In this document: piece after piece, positions 1-12,152 of the stretch | Layout: each line of letters opens with the position of its first letter | How positions within the stretch are numbered: position 1 is the first letter of the stretch | Assembly (NCBI GenBank): GCA_001179505.1 | Contig: CDMY01000493.1 | Location: forward strand, 1,591 to 65,590 | Source: Vitrella brassicaformis CCMP3155 | Taxonomy: Eukaryota; Protista; Chromerida | DNA: 64,000 nucleotides | Reading direction: 5' to 3' | The notes under the pieces: model-generated | Database searches by the model: none | What the model was told of the DNA's origin: nothing | What the model saw: the letters and a program-made list of their open reading frames with translations, nothing else | Position numbers and translations under genes: made by a program

Positions 1-433
1 TAAAGCATTGGCTCAGCAAACCAGCTCACTCTGCGCGTGTCTTCCTCTCTCCCTCTCTCTCTCTCTCTCTCAGACACACACACACACACCCCACCACTAC
101 ATGCCTCTCTCCGCTTCCTTCTTGCCGTGTCTCGCATGCTGCTGCTGTGAATGACGACAGCCAGCTGACCCTTTTAATTATGGTCACCGCCATTTTGGCC
201 CATACCACCGCGACCTGTCGTTTCTGAAGCCGGTAATTGCAAAACCGCAAAATCGGCCCGACACACACCACACACACACACAGGACAGACCACCACACTC
301 ACATCGACACATCAGCAGCGCAAAAGCATCAAGCCCAAAAGTCAGCAGACATATACGGCACACCACAGACCATACCCAGACCCACCAAGGAACCGCTCGG
401 CCGACAGGTTCCCCCCTGTGGCTACCGAGACAC

Positions 434-1498
434 TCAGTTAGCGCTCCAGGTCTTGGTCTTGGGGGGAAGGTCGTTGAGGAAGTCGAACCTCGGCCCGATG
501 TAGCAGGGATCGTCCGCCGTGCCCCAGTTGCTGATGTAGGGCGCGTGCACGTCTGATATGAAGAGTGCCCGCTGGCAAGGGTCCGTCTCATCCTGTATGC
601 CGGTCTCGATGGACGGACCATGGCCACACTGGATGTCGTTGAACCTGATGCATGCATGCCGATCGCACCACGGACAACACAGGCAACGTGTAAGCAAGGT
701 GATGAGAGGCCTTGCTTGCTTACACGGCTTCCACTTGGAAGTCCTCGCCCTGTATGGCGGCGCGCTGTTCGCAGAGCTCCCGGATGCTCCACTCCCCCGG
801 ACCAGCAAAACCCCCCCTGAGCAGATACATACAAGGCAAGCGATACGGTTTCTCTGAGATGCCGTCGCTTCTTCTACGCTTCCATCCCACCATCCACGGT
901 GACCTACCGAAGGTTCAACTTGCCGACATCGTGATCGAAGGGCGTAGGATGATCCGTCGAGTAGCTGCAGATGCCTGCAATGAATGCACGACAAAACAGG
1001 CCCCGCTGCTGGCTGCAAGTGAGGGATTTGGTCTCTGGTGCATGCCTACGTACATCGGCCGTTGATGACGACGCTGACACAAACACACCATACACAGGGA
1101 GGGAGGGAGGGAGGGAGGATTGCTGCACTTTGGTTGCGCCACGTGTCGATCCTGTTCACCTGTCCACCATGAGCCACATGAAGTTGGTCACCACGCGCGG
1201 ATGTCGATAGCGATTCGGATCTTCGCCCGTCATGGCAGGGTCTTGCCACAGTGGTGGCAGCGACTTGATGTACCTGTCAGACATACGTTAACTCATAGCG
1301 CAACGGCAGGCAGAGTCTGTCGGTCTCTCATGAAACGAACTGCGTGATGTACCTGTCCACCGCTGTCCTCCCGGGATTTTGCCAGCCGGGATCCTCCCAG
1401 GGAGGCGGGGCGACGACAGCCCAGTGGGGTGGTTGTGGAGCGCTCACCGTGGCCAGCACGAGAAAGAACACGGATGTGGCAAAAGCGTGGACAGCCAT
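434..1498 (-). CDS. Secreted Cys-containing hypothetical protein (6 exons, about 215 aa)
   Basis: ATG at 1498 gives MAVHAFATSVFFLVLATVSA (signal-peptide-like). Phase-consistent GT-AG joins give ...YIKSLPPLWQDP...RYRHPRVVTNFMWLMVDSVVINGRCICSYSTDHPTPFDHDVGKLNLRGGFAGPGEWSIRELCEQR...VFNDIQCGHGPSIETGIQDETDPCQR...KTWSAN*. Confidence 0.7.
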
Positions 1499-1703
1499 GC
1501 TCTCGCCGGAAGCCGCCAGAAAGAAAAGGCCGTCACCCAAAAGAAAAACGAATGAAGAAAAGAAAACACCAAAGTCGACAGAGGAGCCCTGCGCGGCGGC
1601 CGGAAGAGCAAATTCCGTACCCGCATGCAACGGTTGAGGGTCAACGGCTTGGCCCCCAGTCTCGAAATCGGGGGGTTCGGATCGCTCAAGAGTGTTGACG
1701 TTG

Positions 1704-3850
1704 ATGGCTGACGTATCAGCGCGGCCGACCCCCGCCGCTGCTTGTGCCGAGCCGGTTCAAACCATCACGTTTGAGTCCCCCGTGCATGAGCCGCACGAGG
1801 CCGCCACCTTCCGCCTCGGGTCTTCCCGGAGTCACCACCACGCAGACGATGTGCTGGAGGCGATTGCCGAGGAGGCTGCTGACGTGCCGACCTTACATGC
1901 AGTGACGTCTTCATTGCAAGAGAATCATGGAGACGCGGAGAAGAAGACTGGCGGTGCCTCTGGTCACGACTCTAGTGGTGTTGTTGTCAATGCCGATTCG
2001 GATGAGCCTGTGGTGACGAAACTCATTCCTGATTCAGCCAGTGGCACGCACTCATCCCTGCCGATGATGTTCTGCCAGCCTCATGATTATTGCGACGAGG
2101 AACTTGTGGGAGAAGTGGCTGCTGCTGAGAAAGAGGCGGCAGAGGTGGAGGTGCGGCTGGACTCGCCTCGAAAGGATGATGTCCTCGACGCCAAGCAGGG
2201 ACACAGTCGACCCCTTGCCCAGCCCCATGCTGTCGCTGCTGCTGCCGCGTCCGTGAGCGTGCGCGGGCCGCCTGTGCAGCAGTCTGATGTGTTGCAGAAC
2301 CTGCTGGATGCCTATTCTCGTGAGGAGGGCGACAAGTGGGGCAAGGGAGGATGGCAGGCCTCAGCGCCAAGGTGGGTGAGATCTGTCAGCAGCACGACAC
2401 TCTTCTGCATTCATCGATATGTGTGCGCGTACTCCCTCTCGTCCACTCAGGGTGCCGACGAATCGCCGCCTTTCCTTCGTCGACCTTCGCTCAGCGGTCC
2501 ATCGAGAGGTGATCCATGAGATGGAAGAAGCGGCCAACAAAGAAGACGCGACGACCAAGAAGAAGCCTCCCGCCACCCGGCGCTTCCTCAATCCTCGAGG
2601 CCTCACACCCAAGCTGACCAAGCAGGAGGACCTTCTCCCAGCCCGCACACGGTCTCTCCACAGCCCTCCTCCACCCAGGTCCGCCACCAGACCAGCGCCA
2701 AAGAAGCCGCCTGTGCGTCGTTTGTTCGGGACGGTAATAGAGCAGCGCACGAGTGTGCTGGAAACCAGGGAGAAAGAGGACAACCGGAGGAGCGCACGGG
2801 AGAGGGGCAGGAGCAGTGTGGGTAGGAAGAGGAGTCCCACCGCTCCCCTACCGTCACCTCAGGCGACTGGGCGCCGACTCACCTTGAAGGACGAAGCAGG
2901 AAAGGTAAGGAGACCGATAAGGACATCATGTCGCTTTCATGGCTATGTCTCTCTGTTCTCAGACCGCAGCGACCGTAGCGAGCACGTCCGTCACGCTGCG
3001 ATGGCCTGTCAAGAACTCTCCCGAAGGCTTCCGCTGGCCCAATCGCATCGAGCCCATCTCCCTCGACGACCTGACCAGCCCACGGTCCGAGGACGTCGCC
3101 ACGCAGAAGCTGCCCCCGACTCGCGAGAAGAAGCCATCCTTTTTCGGGCCGCTCAGGACGGTGGTGCTGGACACACCTGCAGTGAAGGACGCTGTTCCCA
3201 AGGAAGCCAGCCAGACCCCGCCGAAGGCTCCCATCCCCAACAGCAACGAGGCCCCAGCCAACACAGAAAAGGCAGAAGGAGAGGGAGAGGGAGGGATGGC
3301 GGAAGGGGTGGTCTCCACCCCCGTGCCGCCCATCCACTACCCATATGTGTGTCCGCCTTTCCCTGGTGTGCCCCGCCACTCGTTTGCTGCACCCCGCAAC
3401 GTGTCAACGCCCCACCTACACAAGGCTGTCCCCGTCGCCGTCCCGCCTGCTGCGGCTCACGCGATTGTCCCCCCGAGACGGTCGGAGACGGGCACGAGAG
3501 TTGTGCGGATGCCGTCCCATGGGCCGCCAATGCGCCGCCCACTCAGTCAAGGAACTTCAATGCGGCGGGCGCCCAGCCTGCCTCGGTCTGGCTCTCTTGG
3601 TGGCTTCTTCCAGATGCCTGTGTCTCGACCCCCGTCTCGCCACCACCATTTGCCGCTCCCCCTGCCTCGGCCTCACTCGCCGCGTGTCAAGAGCAAGCCC
3701 CAGGCTGGAGTGCGGACGTGGGTGGTGATGGGGCAGCCCCGTGTGCTTGGAGTGCGTCGTCTGCCGGCGGTGTGGGCCAACGGCGGCTGGCAGGCAGCAC
3801 CCACAGAGGCGTCCTTGGTGCAGAAGCAGGGCAAAGGCGGCCAGGAGTGA
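1704..3850 (+). CDS. Low-complexity S/P/R-rich hypothetical protein (multi-exon, probably disordered)
   Basis: Overlapping long ORFs 1692-2519, 2419-3924 and 2939-3850 can be joined by short introns. First ATG is at 1704 (MADVSARP). No recognisable domain. Confidence 0.55.
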
Positions 3851-4249
3851 TGGAGGACAACTTCGGAAGGGCCACCTGGTTGCATGTCGCAGGGACGCCC
3901 AGCCTCATGCATGCCACCTTCTGAATGGATGATGCGTGAGATTTTGTTTGGACGGATCCCGTGACTGACAGAGGATGAGACAGAACGTGCAGCGAATCAA
4001 ATGGATTGAACTAATCACCATTCGACGGGACATATCACCAACATCATCAGGGATGCCACCATGCAGGAAAACTGCTCGTGGCGGCCTTGACTTCTCGGGG
4101 TCCGGGACAGCAGGAGCTCTGAGCTCGCACATCGTTTACCGGTCTTCTTGGTTTTCCCGCCGCTTGGAAGGCACTGAGGGACAGAAATTGAGCAGAGCTG
4201 ATCATGAATCATTTGGTAGGACACCAAACAGCCTGCATCAACGCTCGAT

Positions 4250-6235
4250 GTGTTCATTTTGGGGGTCTGCTTGTTGTTGACGTTTGTGCAGGTATCGTCC
4301 AGCAGGGCAATTGAGGGGCTCAAGGCAGCCATAGGTGACCCTTCCACCCTCACGCAACTGCCCCGGTGGGCCCTCACCAAGGCGGAGCCTCTCATCCGTC
4401 ATTGTATCGAGGTGCCAATTGGCCAAATCGCACAGTGGCCGGCCGACAGCATTGTTCAAGCCCTCAGGCTGACGCAGGTGAGGGGAACATGGCCAAGGGG
4501 AGTGCGGCAAGGAATGGCCTCTGTGCGAGTGTTGCAGCTATTGCTCGCCAAGTTGTTTGACGAACTGCTTCTTCTCAAGGTGAGACAAAGGGTCGGCTCG
4601 CGTCACCCTCGACTTCCTGATCCGTGGGTGGCTGTGTCAGAGATATTTCACAAAGTCTGGGCAGCAGATCAACAAAATACAGGTGTGGATGGATGGGCAC
4701 ACATCAATCACGCTCCCGTACCAACCTGCCTTCTTGCAACATGACGATGCAGGCTGACTTCCAGGGCGTCCGCGCCATCCACGAGCAGAACGAGCTCCTC
4801 CGCTCGTGCATCATCTATCTGGTGCCCCCGTCCGTCAAACACATCCTCGAGCACAGCAACATCCCAAACATGCCCAACCTGAGAGACAAACCGAGATGCA
4901 CCCACCCGGCCCTCCTGAAGCTGGTGCGGTACTCTCTCTCAGCGAACAAGAGCTCCGCTGCCGCGCGTATACAGGCTATATGGCGGGGGAAGGTCGGAAG
5001 GCGGAGGCATCGGGATCAACTGCGAGACATCGTTCACAAGGCCGAGGCCAAGCTGAGAGTCAGTGAGAGTGCATTGATGTCAGGAGAGCGCCGTTCGATG
5101 AGTCTCTTTGTGTTGTCTTCAGGCAATGGTGCAGGAGTCCGGCTCCCCAACCGCGAGCCCCTCTCGCGCCATCATGGGCACTCCCACATCAGCTTCCACA
5201 GACCGAGACGACAGCCAGCTGTCGCAGCAGCAGTCGGCCCTCATGCTCATTCAGCACATCACACCCAGACTCACCAAGATCGGGCTCACCATTGAGGGCG
5301 TGTTCCGCGCTGCTGACGTCAACTGCGGGGGTGAGGTGTGGCTGTCGGCCTTGATCGCTTTCATGAGGCAGTCGTGCCGAGTGCCGCTCACACTGGGTGA
5401 TGCTCTGAAGCTGCTGGGGCTGTTTCGATCGCCGACGGGCCGCAACGTTGCTGCCAAGAGGGACTCAGCGACTTACGCAGAGTTTGCCGGTGAGTTGACA
5501 TCGATGGTGGAAAATGCCGTTAGTTACATCTGTATGTCTGTGTGTCTTGCCATTGCTCACTCAGGCAGCTTCCGTCTGCTGCTGACTGAGACAGCATGCC
5601 AATACACCGTGACCCACCTGAACATCCAGCAGCTGGCGTACGCATGCGGCATCGCCGAGTGCGAGACCACATCCACCGCCAGAGGCCCATCAACACCATC
5701 ACCACACCATGCAGGGGCCCCCTCCCCTTCCCACAGCACCCTCGGTCTCCCGGACCGGAGGAAGTCGCTCACTAAGATAGCTATCCCGTCTCTGTGGGAT
5801 GTGACTACATGCCTCAAGGCCCGCTATGGCAGCGGCTTCACCTGGGGCAGCCTGGTGGACAGTGCAGAGAGGGCCAGGTTGCAGCGGCGGATTGAGCACC
5901 TCCGGGGTGTGAGGCGGGGGGAGGCCTGGGGGGGAGAGAGTGGGGCGGGGGAGGAGATGGCCATGCTGAGACAGCAGCAGAGCAGCCCTGCGCCACTTAC
6001 ACAGGTGGGGAGGGCCACGGCGGACCCATGTGTGTGAATGTTGGTCGATGTGGGTGTGTTGGTGGGTGTGATGATGTGTGCAGGTGCCGAAAGATTGGTT
6101 GACGTACCACTTGATGAGTCTGCGGTTGCCTGCGCCGCCCGTGGTCATATTGGCGGCGATGGAGGGGCTGGCAAAGGGAGATCAGGACTTAATCAGTGTG
6201 GATGCCATCAAGCATCTGCTGACCATCAATGTTGA
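4250..6235 (+). CDS. IQ-motif protein with an EF-hand-like segment (multi-exon, ends approximate)
   Basis: IQAIWRGKVGRRRHR (about 4970-5015) fits the IQ calmodulin-binding consensus. VFRAADVNCGGEVWLSALIAFM resembles a degenerate EF-hand. Confidence 0.6.
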
Positions 6236-6444
6236 CCCCACGTAGACAGACATAGAGATATATATTGTATAATAGGCACATGGAAATGTGAACACATACA
6301 CACACACACGTGTCTCGCGTCTTTCTTGCACATCCACATATACGAGACACCACACGAAAATGGATGGATGGACTCTTGTACACTCACTCACTCGTCACAT
6401 CTGTGTGTATCTATATGAATATACATGTCTGTTGTGTGTCACAT

Positions 6445-8703
6445 CTATGCACTGCTGCTGCCGCCCTTGCCTCGCTTGAGCAGGTAGTTGTAGCTCTCAA
6501 CGGCACGCTTGAAGCGCTCAGATGAGGCGTCCTTCTTTTTGGGGTCCGACACCTATATACACAGACACATACACATACACATACACACGTATATACGCAA
6601 ACACCAACGTGGCGCGCAGCCACGTGTGTACCTTACCTTGTCAGGGTGGTGTTTGAGTGCGTATCGCCTGAAGGCATCTTTGACCTCCTTGGCATTGTGG
6701 GAGCGGGAGGGATCCAAACCTGACCCGCACCACACACCATGCATGCACGACACACACCATTAATGCATGACCTGGGCACACGCGGACATACACACAACAC
6801 AGGGAGGGAGTGTGCACCTACCGAGGTTGCGGTAGTGCTGCGACAGATCGTCCTCATCAGTACCAAACCTGACAAGACATCGAGGGATGGCGGGAGGGAG
6901 GGATGAATGGATGGGTGGGTGGATGTGTTCAACACACCAGTAGTTTTGGTCGGCTCTCTCCTGCTCGAATGCTCTCTGATGCTCGGCCTCCTCGAACGCT
7001 TGAGCACGCTCACGACCGCGGGCAAACGACTCTGCACACAATGAACACACACGGTGGCTCGGTTCTCCGGTGCATCCATGCCATGTGTACCCGAGTCAGA
7101 GTGTTCATAGCTCGCGTAGCCAGCGGGGTTCTCACGGAGAAAGTCGGCGTGCCGCCGCATCTGCAGGCAGGCAACACACCAGCCACAACAGACAGACACC
7201 CGTCTGTATGCCTGTCCCCTCCCTCCGTCAATTCATGGACACACCCACCTCCTGTTTGCGAAAGAAGTCACCGATGTCGCTCTGAATGGACGGCAGGTAG
7301 TGGGTGAAGACCCCCGCAACCACCGAGATCAGCAGCGACATCGGCGAAGACAGCACCGTAAGCAGCCGAAGCCGTGACAGCAGCATCAAGGTGCCAAACA
7401 GCAGGAATGAGATCTTGGTCCCAGAGAGGTGGTAAATGCCCGCCGGTTTAGCCGTGAAGCCATGCACCAGGGTGGTGAACTTCCTGTCGAACCTCGAGTA
7501 CTCGAACACGTAATAGGGGCACCACACGTTGTGCCGACGGATGTTGTGAATCTGCAACGACTGAACCGCAGTGCGCATGTCGGGCTGAAACCCTGTCAGG
7601 GCACCTACACACACACACACACACACACACACAGAGAGAGAGAGAAACGTTATCCACCTGTCTCTGCGTGTCGTCCTCTGTTTGTTTTGTCCCACTCACT
7701 TTCCAGTTTGCTCTTTGCTGTCAGTCGTGCGTATTCCTTGAGCTTGTCAGGGAGCGCGAAGTGGATGGCATAGTCTGGCGACACGCTGAATGGTAATACA
7801 GTCTCATCATCCTACTATGTGTGTTACCACACACACAGCCACACCCACAGATGCGACAAGAGCAGTTCTGGGTGGGGTGGTGGATGGTGGGTCTGCGTCT
7901 GTAACTTACGTCTGTCACTCACTCACTCACCTGCAGGATTTCATCGATCGGCACGGTCTGCACCACAAAGTCCCCTGCCAGCCTCTCGGCTACGGACCGA
8001 CCTGATGGATGAGCAGGTGCACAGACAGACAAGGGCAGATATAATCGTGTAGCTGTGTGTGTGTGTGCTTACTTACGGTGGTCGAAGGTGGCCAAGATCT
8101 GCGTGTATGGCGACGAGAAGTCGACACTGTGGTTCCGTAGGTGCACAAACTCGCTCACACGACGCCTACATATATCCAGACCCAGCCAACAGAGAAGAGC
8201 CAAATGCATTGGTTTGGCTTGTGTGAATGAACGCATCCGGGTGCTCTGCTTACGGTTTGCCGAGCGGCGGCGTGTAAGTGAATTCGCACTCGACAATCGC
8301 ACTCATGACCACATCGAACGCATAAAACGGCAAGAACTCCTTCCGTACAGCGGGGGGAAACAGCCTGCACACCAAGCGTTACATCCACACAAGCATGCAT
8401 CTGCGTTTCGTACGTCACTCACTCGGTGAAGTTGGACACACTGAACATGCCGCCGATTCCCTTCAACATGGCCGCCTGGGCCTCCTTGTCGCTCACTGCA
8501 AACGGCACCGCAAGCCGCGGGCGGCCTCTCGACTGCCACCGTATGAACGTCGTCTGATGGCATGGGCGCCGCTGCAGCTGCGGTAGATGCCGCGTGAGCC
8601 GGATGAGTGCTGCGCACGATGAGTGGAGCGCCCGTGAGTGGATGGCTATGGCGGTGAGGCACCGGTGGACGGGGTGGACTGCTGCTGCTGTCGACAGCTG
8701 CAT
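6445..8703 (-). CDS. Membrane protein with a C-terminal DnaJ (J) domain and a probable mitochondrial presequence
   Basis: J-domain core EVKDAFRRYALKHHPDK|KKDASSERFKRAVESYNYLL (HPD motif) ends at TAG 6445. There is a hydrophobic segment ISFLLFGTLMLL...LLISVVAGV. The ATG at 8703 starts an R/H/A-rich, acid-poor leader. Confidence 0.8.
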
Positions 8704-9427
8704 TCTGTTGGTGCCTCATTCATCCGTGTCAATCACCACGCCGCCTCATAAGCGACAAGTGGCAAGAGATCCGTGTTCATAAGCAGCGAAATGCCGGAGA
8801 TCTACCACAATCGTCCTCTTCCCCTGCGAGCTTATCAGCAGCGGTTTCAGGGAGCACCCTAGGCGCTCACGATTTGCGAGCGCCCCAGACCCATGTACTG
8901 CTGCAGTTGGGTTGGTGCTGCCCTGCCCTGCCCGCTGTGTATGTGATGTATTGACTGACACATATGAATGGCTTCAACCACCGACACACCGCATGTGATA
9001 TATGTGATGTCTGCCAGTCACCGCTGGCTGCGTTCCCCCACCCGCTCCCTCCCAAGTTGATCGATTGACCTGCACTGCACATGACCGACACGGCCGGCCG
9101 CCATAAAAGCGGCTACACCTACCTTCTGCATCAGCACACACATATATAAACATACACACATACGTACGAATGGCCTATACTGTATAGATAAGTAAAGAGA
9201 GGGCGGACGCCTACACACAACTGGACAAACTTTTTCAAGTAGCACCTGGACTCCTTCCTACTCACTCAGCCGCATGAGTCACACAAGCTAGTCAATCTAC
9301 CTTCGCGGCTCCTCACTATGACTAAGACTAAGAAGGCGTCATGTATAACATACGTCGTCTGACTCGTCTGCATCAGAATCAGACGCCAGAGGGTCGTCTT
9401 CAAGGGCCTCCAGGGCCTCCATGGCGC

Positions 9428-11079
9428 TCATGCTGATGCGTCGCTGACAATGGGGTCCTCAGCGGCCTCCTCGATCCACTCTTTGCACCCGCCCTGCATA
9501 CATGGATGGCATTCACACATACAGCAACCAGAGCCAGCCACACACATTACCTTGCGGCGGCTGCTTATGTGTGTGTGGTGAGTGCACTGCACTGGGACCG
9601 ACCGTTCTGAGGATGGTGGCCTTTGCTTGCTGCCGCAAATTGCCACTGATCGATTAAGACGCAGCAAGACAGCATCCCATCCACAGCGACACGTTTTTTG
9701 TGGAGCGTGTCCGTATGAGTGCACGTGTGCACACCTGAGGAGGGATGTGAAGGAGTCTGCGATGAGAGTGTCCAAGAAAGAGCCTCTAGAAGGCAGCCCA
9801 CGCGCGAACATACACAACGTCTCAGTGCACTCCTGGTCAGCTGCGTAGATTTGCTGCATTGCATCCCACACACACGTACACACAGAGTTGCTCAGCACTG
9901 CCGTGCTTGCGGTCCCGCTTTTCCCTGCCCACCTGTGTCTCATTTCCCTCGCGAATCAGCAGGGCGCACCCACTAAGATGTGTTAGCATATACTCGGCAG
10001 TCATGTCGACGCCTTCGCTGCCCGAGCACGGCAGTACGGGAGCACGGGCGTTCGGAAGTATGCCTGCATCGATGATGGTCTCGAGAATGGCTGGCTGCGA
10101 CTCGGGCACCGTGTCTGATCACGCACACGGGAGGCATCACGTGGTTCGGTGGGTGGGTGGGTGGGTGGGTGGGAGGGTGGGCGTGTGGGTGTGTCCGTCC
10201 GTCTTACGAATGGTGCTAGATATGGAAAGCAATGTCGATGCAAGCACGTTGGCCGCGTTCTCACGCGTCTCCTCGTCGGGCGATATCAACAATGGTGAGA
10301 GCTTGGACAGCAAGCCGTCTTCGAAGAAGGTATAGGCGAGCCGCGACGGGATGACTTCGGCCGGCTCCTTGGGCGCTGCAATCAAAGCAAACGAGACGTC
10401 CAGATCTATTGGTGTCAAGATGAAGATCCTCCTGGGCGTACCGTAAAAAAACTTTCTGAGGATGGTGGTTGCGGCTCTCTTGACCATCAGCTGCTGGTGG
10501 TCCAGCAGCTGCACGAGCGGAGGCAGCCCGTCAGCCTGGATCAATTCGCCCGCCCACAGCAAGCCGTTCTCATCGGCCGCAGCACAACTTGATGCAGCGG
10601 CACAAAAGGAGCCGAGGCAAGATCTATATCAGGCAGCTCTATGGCACGCTTGAGCGCCTCTATCAGGGAAGATATGGCACCCACCCTGACATAGACACAC
10701 ACACACACAATGCTCACGGCGGTCAGTCAGCTGGCATGCCTTCTTCCATCTGTATCAACACTTACCGTATGAGTGCCTCCACTGCCTTCGTGTCCATTCT
10801 CCCGATTGACGTCAGCAGCTTCGATGCCTCCTGCTGCACAGCCCACTCAACATGCTCGCCCAGCAGAGAAATGACAGCCGCCCCGAAACGGTCAGCAATG
10901 ACAGCAGCAGCGTCACCCGGCCGTGTGCTGTTGGCGATGAATGCAGACATTGCCCGCAGAGCACTCAGCTGCTGCCACTTGTTGCTGCTCTCCAGCTGCG
11001 TTGTAAGGCTCGACGCCTCAGTGTCTTGCGAAGCCACTGCCGCCAAGCACAGGAACGCGAATAGGACAGCCGACAACAT
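9428..11079 (-). CDS. Armadillo/HEAT-repeat protein with an N-terminal signal peptide
   Basis: MLSAVLFAFLCLAAVASQ leader at ATG 11079. ARM-like repeats GLPPLVQLLDHQQLMVKRAATTIL, GLLSKLSPLLISPDEETRENAANVL and GAAVISLLGEHVEWAVQQEASKLL. The C-terminal exon frame is uncertain. Confidence 0.7.
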
Positions 11080-11316
11080 CAGACGACTCGTGAAATGAAA
11101 TACGCGTAGATCTGAACCAGTGACGCTTTCAGGGACTCGCGAGTATGACACTTCCGGTGAGTCGTCCTCCGGAAGGCGATCGTCTGCACGTTTCACGAGG
11201 CAAAATTAGGGCACGGGTGGAGCAAAAGGGACGGCTGCGCCAAGCAACACTGTATGCCGGCTCTACGAAGAGGCCTACTACCGCAGAATATAGACAGATC
11301 TACCGATTGCTCTATC

Positions 11317-11904
11317 ATGACGTCCATCAGTGTCTTGCTGATGAGTCTGTTGGTGGTCATCAGCCCTGCCGAAGCAGTGATGGACGCCAAACAGGTCAGT
11401 CATACAGCGGAAGAACAAATGGGCAGCGCTTCTCATGTATGTGTGCCTGTCGTGCAGTCTGCCGGTTTCGTCCTCTTTCGCCGTCCCATCCCGCCCATCA
11501 GTGTGCCCTCGTCGGCCAACCGCATTGCGTATCGCCGCGACCCCAAAGTGACGGTGGCCAGCTCAACCATGGACCTCCTTCATGCCTTGACCGCCTCAGT
11601 AGACGTGAAGGTCTGGGTGAACATCACTACCAACAAGAGGAAGAGGGGCACGTACGGCGTCAAATGCACTCCCGACAAGCCTCTTGGCATCGTCCTGGAC
11701 CGGGCTTGTGAGGAGGAGATTACCTCGTCAATCCTCAAAGGTCTCGACAGCTATGCCTTCGTGTACAACGGGACGCAGCTGGCTGTGAGCGACACTGTGG
11801 CCGAGGTGCTGGAGAGGGCCGGCAACAACGCAGCCAACGCCATCACACTCGAAGTCACCAAAGCACCGAGTAAGCCAACCAGCGAGGCAGCCAGACAGCC
11901 GTAG
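11317..11904 (+). CDS. Signal/transit-peptide protein with a C-terminal ubiquitin-like (beta-grasp) domain
   Basis: MTSISVLLMSLLVVISPAEA signal, an in-frame 63-nt intron at 11395-11457, then SAGF plus an R/P/S-rich transit-like stretch, then VKVWVNIT..YGVKCTPDKPLGIVLDRACEE..YAFVYNGTQLAVSDTVAEVL..ITLEV. Confidence 0.65.
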   Translation: MTSISVLLMSLLVVISPAEAVMDAKQVSHTAEEQMGSASHVCVPVVQSAGFVLFRRPIPPISVPSSANRIAYRRDPKVTVASSTMDLLHALTASVDVKVWVNITTNKRKRGTYGVKCTPDKPLGIVLDRACEEEITSSILKGLDSYAFVYNGTQLAVSDTVAEVLERAGNNAANAITLEVTKAPSKPTSEAARQP

Positions 11905-12056
11905 GATGATGCAGGGAGGTGGCGGGAGGGGTCATGGGAAGAGCGGGAAGGAGACAGAGGACGGGTAAGTAACATACGGACACGTGTGTGTCTGTGTGTG
12001 CGTTCGTGTCAGCGAAGGCACGTGTGAACAGACGACGCGCGAGGCGCCGCTTCAGG

Positions 12057-12152
12057 GGCTCGAGCGTCGATGAAGGGCTTTATGAGGCTCTCATAGATGA
12101 CAGAGGCTCGAGCGTCGATGAAGCGCTTTATTATGCTCTCATTTGTGATGAT
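12057..12152. repeat. Imperfect 48-bp tandem duplication
   Basis: ggctcgagcgtcgatgaagggctttatgaggctctcatagatgacaga is followed by ggctcgagcgtcgatgaagcgctttattatgctctcatt... Confidence 0.85.

Noticed and set aside
12057-12152. CRISPR-like repeat
   Set aside because: Only two adjacent imperfect units with no spacers, in a eukaryotic context.
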